Positions 63,346-64,000 of a DNA stretch of 64,000 nt are shown here, piece after piece. Within the stretch, counting starts at the first letter, position 1. Every line of letters starts with the position of its first letter. A program made the position numbers and the translations under genes. Under the pieces are notes generated by a model. That model did no database searches, had not been told where the DNA came from, and saw only the letters and a list, made by a program, of their open reading frames with translations. This DNA is from Antedon mediterranea (Eukaryota > Animalia > Echinodermata), in NCBI RefSeq assembly GCF_964355755.1, contig NC_092673.1:35337648-35401647 (forward strand), written 5' to 3'.

Positions 63346-64000
63346 GAAGCCCAAAAGATGCCCCCTTGTTGTACCTTTGTTTATCTTTCTATTGGCTATT
63401 GAATACCCAAAGCTCTTTACTAATAGAATAGTAGCATCATTATTATAATTACTTTTGGGACTTCTGCCAATATACGTTGCATATAATCTTGGCTAGGTTT
63501 TATCTTGTCAACTGCCATTATTAAGATTGTTACACATTGTAAGACCTAAAATCGGCTTCAGTTATTAGATGATAATAACCATATCATACAGTCCACACTA
63601 AAGCAGAAATTATTTTCCATCTGAAAACTTTACTGAAATTACTTTGTTTTATATACCTATATCAAGTCACAATATGTGCTGGCGTTCATCGTGTCAGGGT
63701 TAGTTTTCATGATAGCAACCTCCTTGCAAGTTTGAGGAAACTAGATGCAAATCACTTTTTTTCTATAAATCGTTTCTTTAATTAATGTGTTGGCAGACTA
63801 TTGGATTATACATCTTGTTCTTGCTGTTTACTTTTGGATTCCTAAAAGGCTTCTAATGATCCGTATATTTGCTTTATGGTTTACAGGAAATTACAAAAAG
63901 GTAAATTATATATTACGTCACTTAAGTCTGCTGTGCTCTGGTGGACAATAATTGAATTGAATTGGGATGATAGTTATAGTACTAATATTTTGTTTGTTCT

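Overview
AT-rich, intron-rich animal genomic DNA. A marine invertebrate is an inference from the transposon complement and cannot be confirmed from the sequence. Two spliced + strand genes can be rebuilt by hand from GT-AG boundaries. The first is a complete 10-exon NUBPL/Ind1 (mitochondrial Fe-S transfer P-loop NTPase, 3626-13415, 324 aa). The second is the 5' part of FKBP15/WAFL (exons 1-9, 23761-60425, continuing past the window). Introns and intergenic DNA hold non-autonomous DNA transposons with readable TIRs and TSDs (Ginger-, MULE-, piggyBac-, Sola2-, Kolobok-, Helentron- and Academ-like), LINE fragments, a Penelope-like insertion, SINE relics and many mini/satellites. The most notable observations are: (1) a 3.8-kb fold-back Academ element built from two copies of the same end; (2) a phase-compatible alternative first exon of FKBP15 giving an 89-aa N-terminus; (3) a minimal hammerhead ribozyme in sense orientation in the last NUBPL intron; (4) tandem duplications that copy splice sites in both genes; (5) CCTAGG/CTAG-rich tracts marking promoter-proximal regions. 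There is no CRISPR array, operon or other prokaryotic system. Most listed ORFs are repeat artefacts. Family assignments rest on recalled motifs, not database searches, and coordinates were counted by hand.
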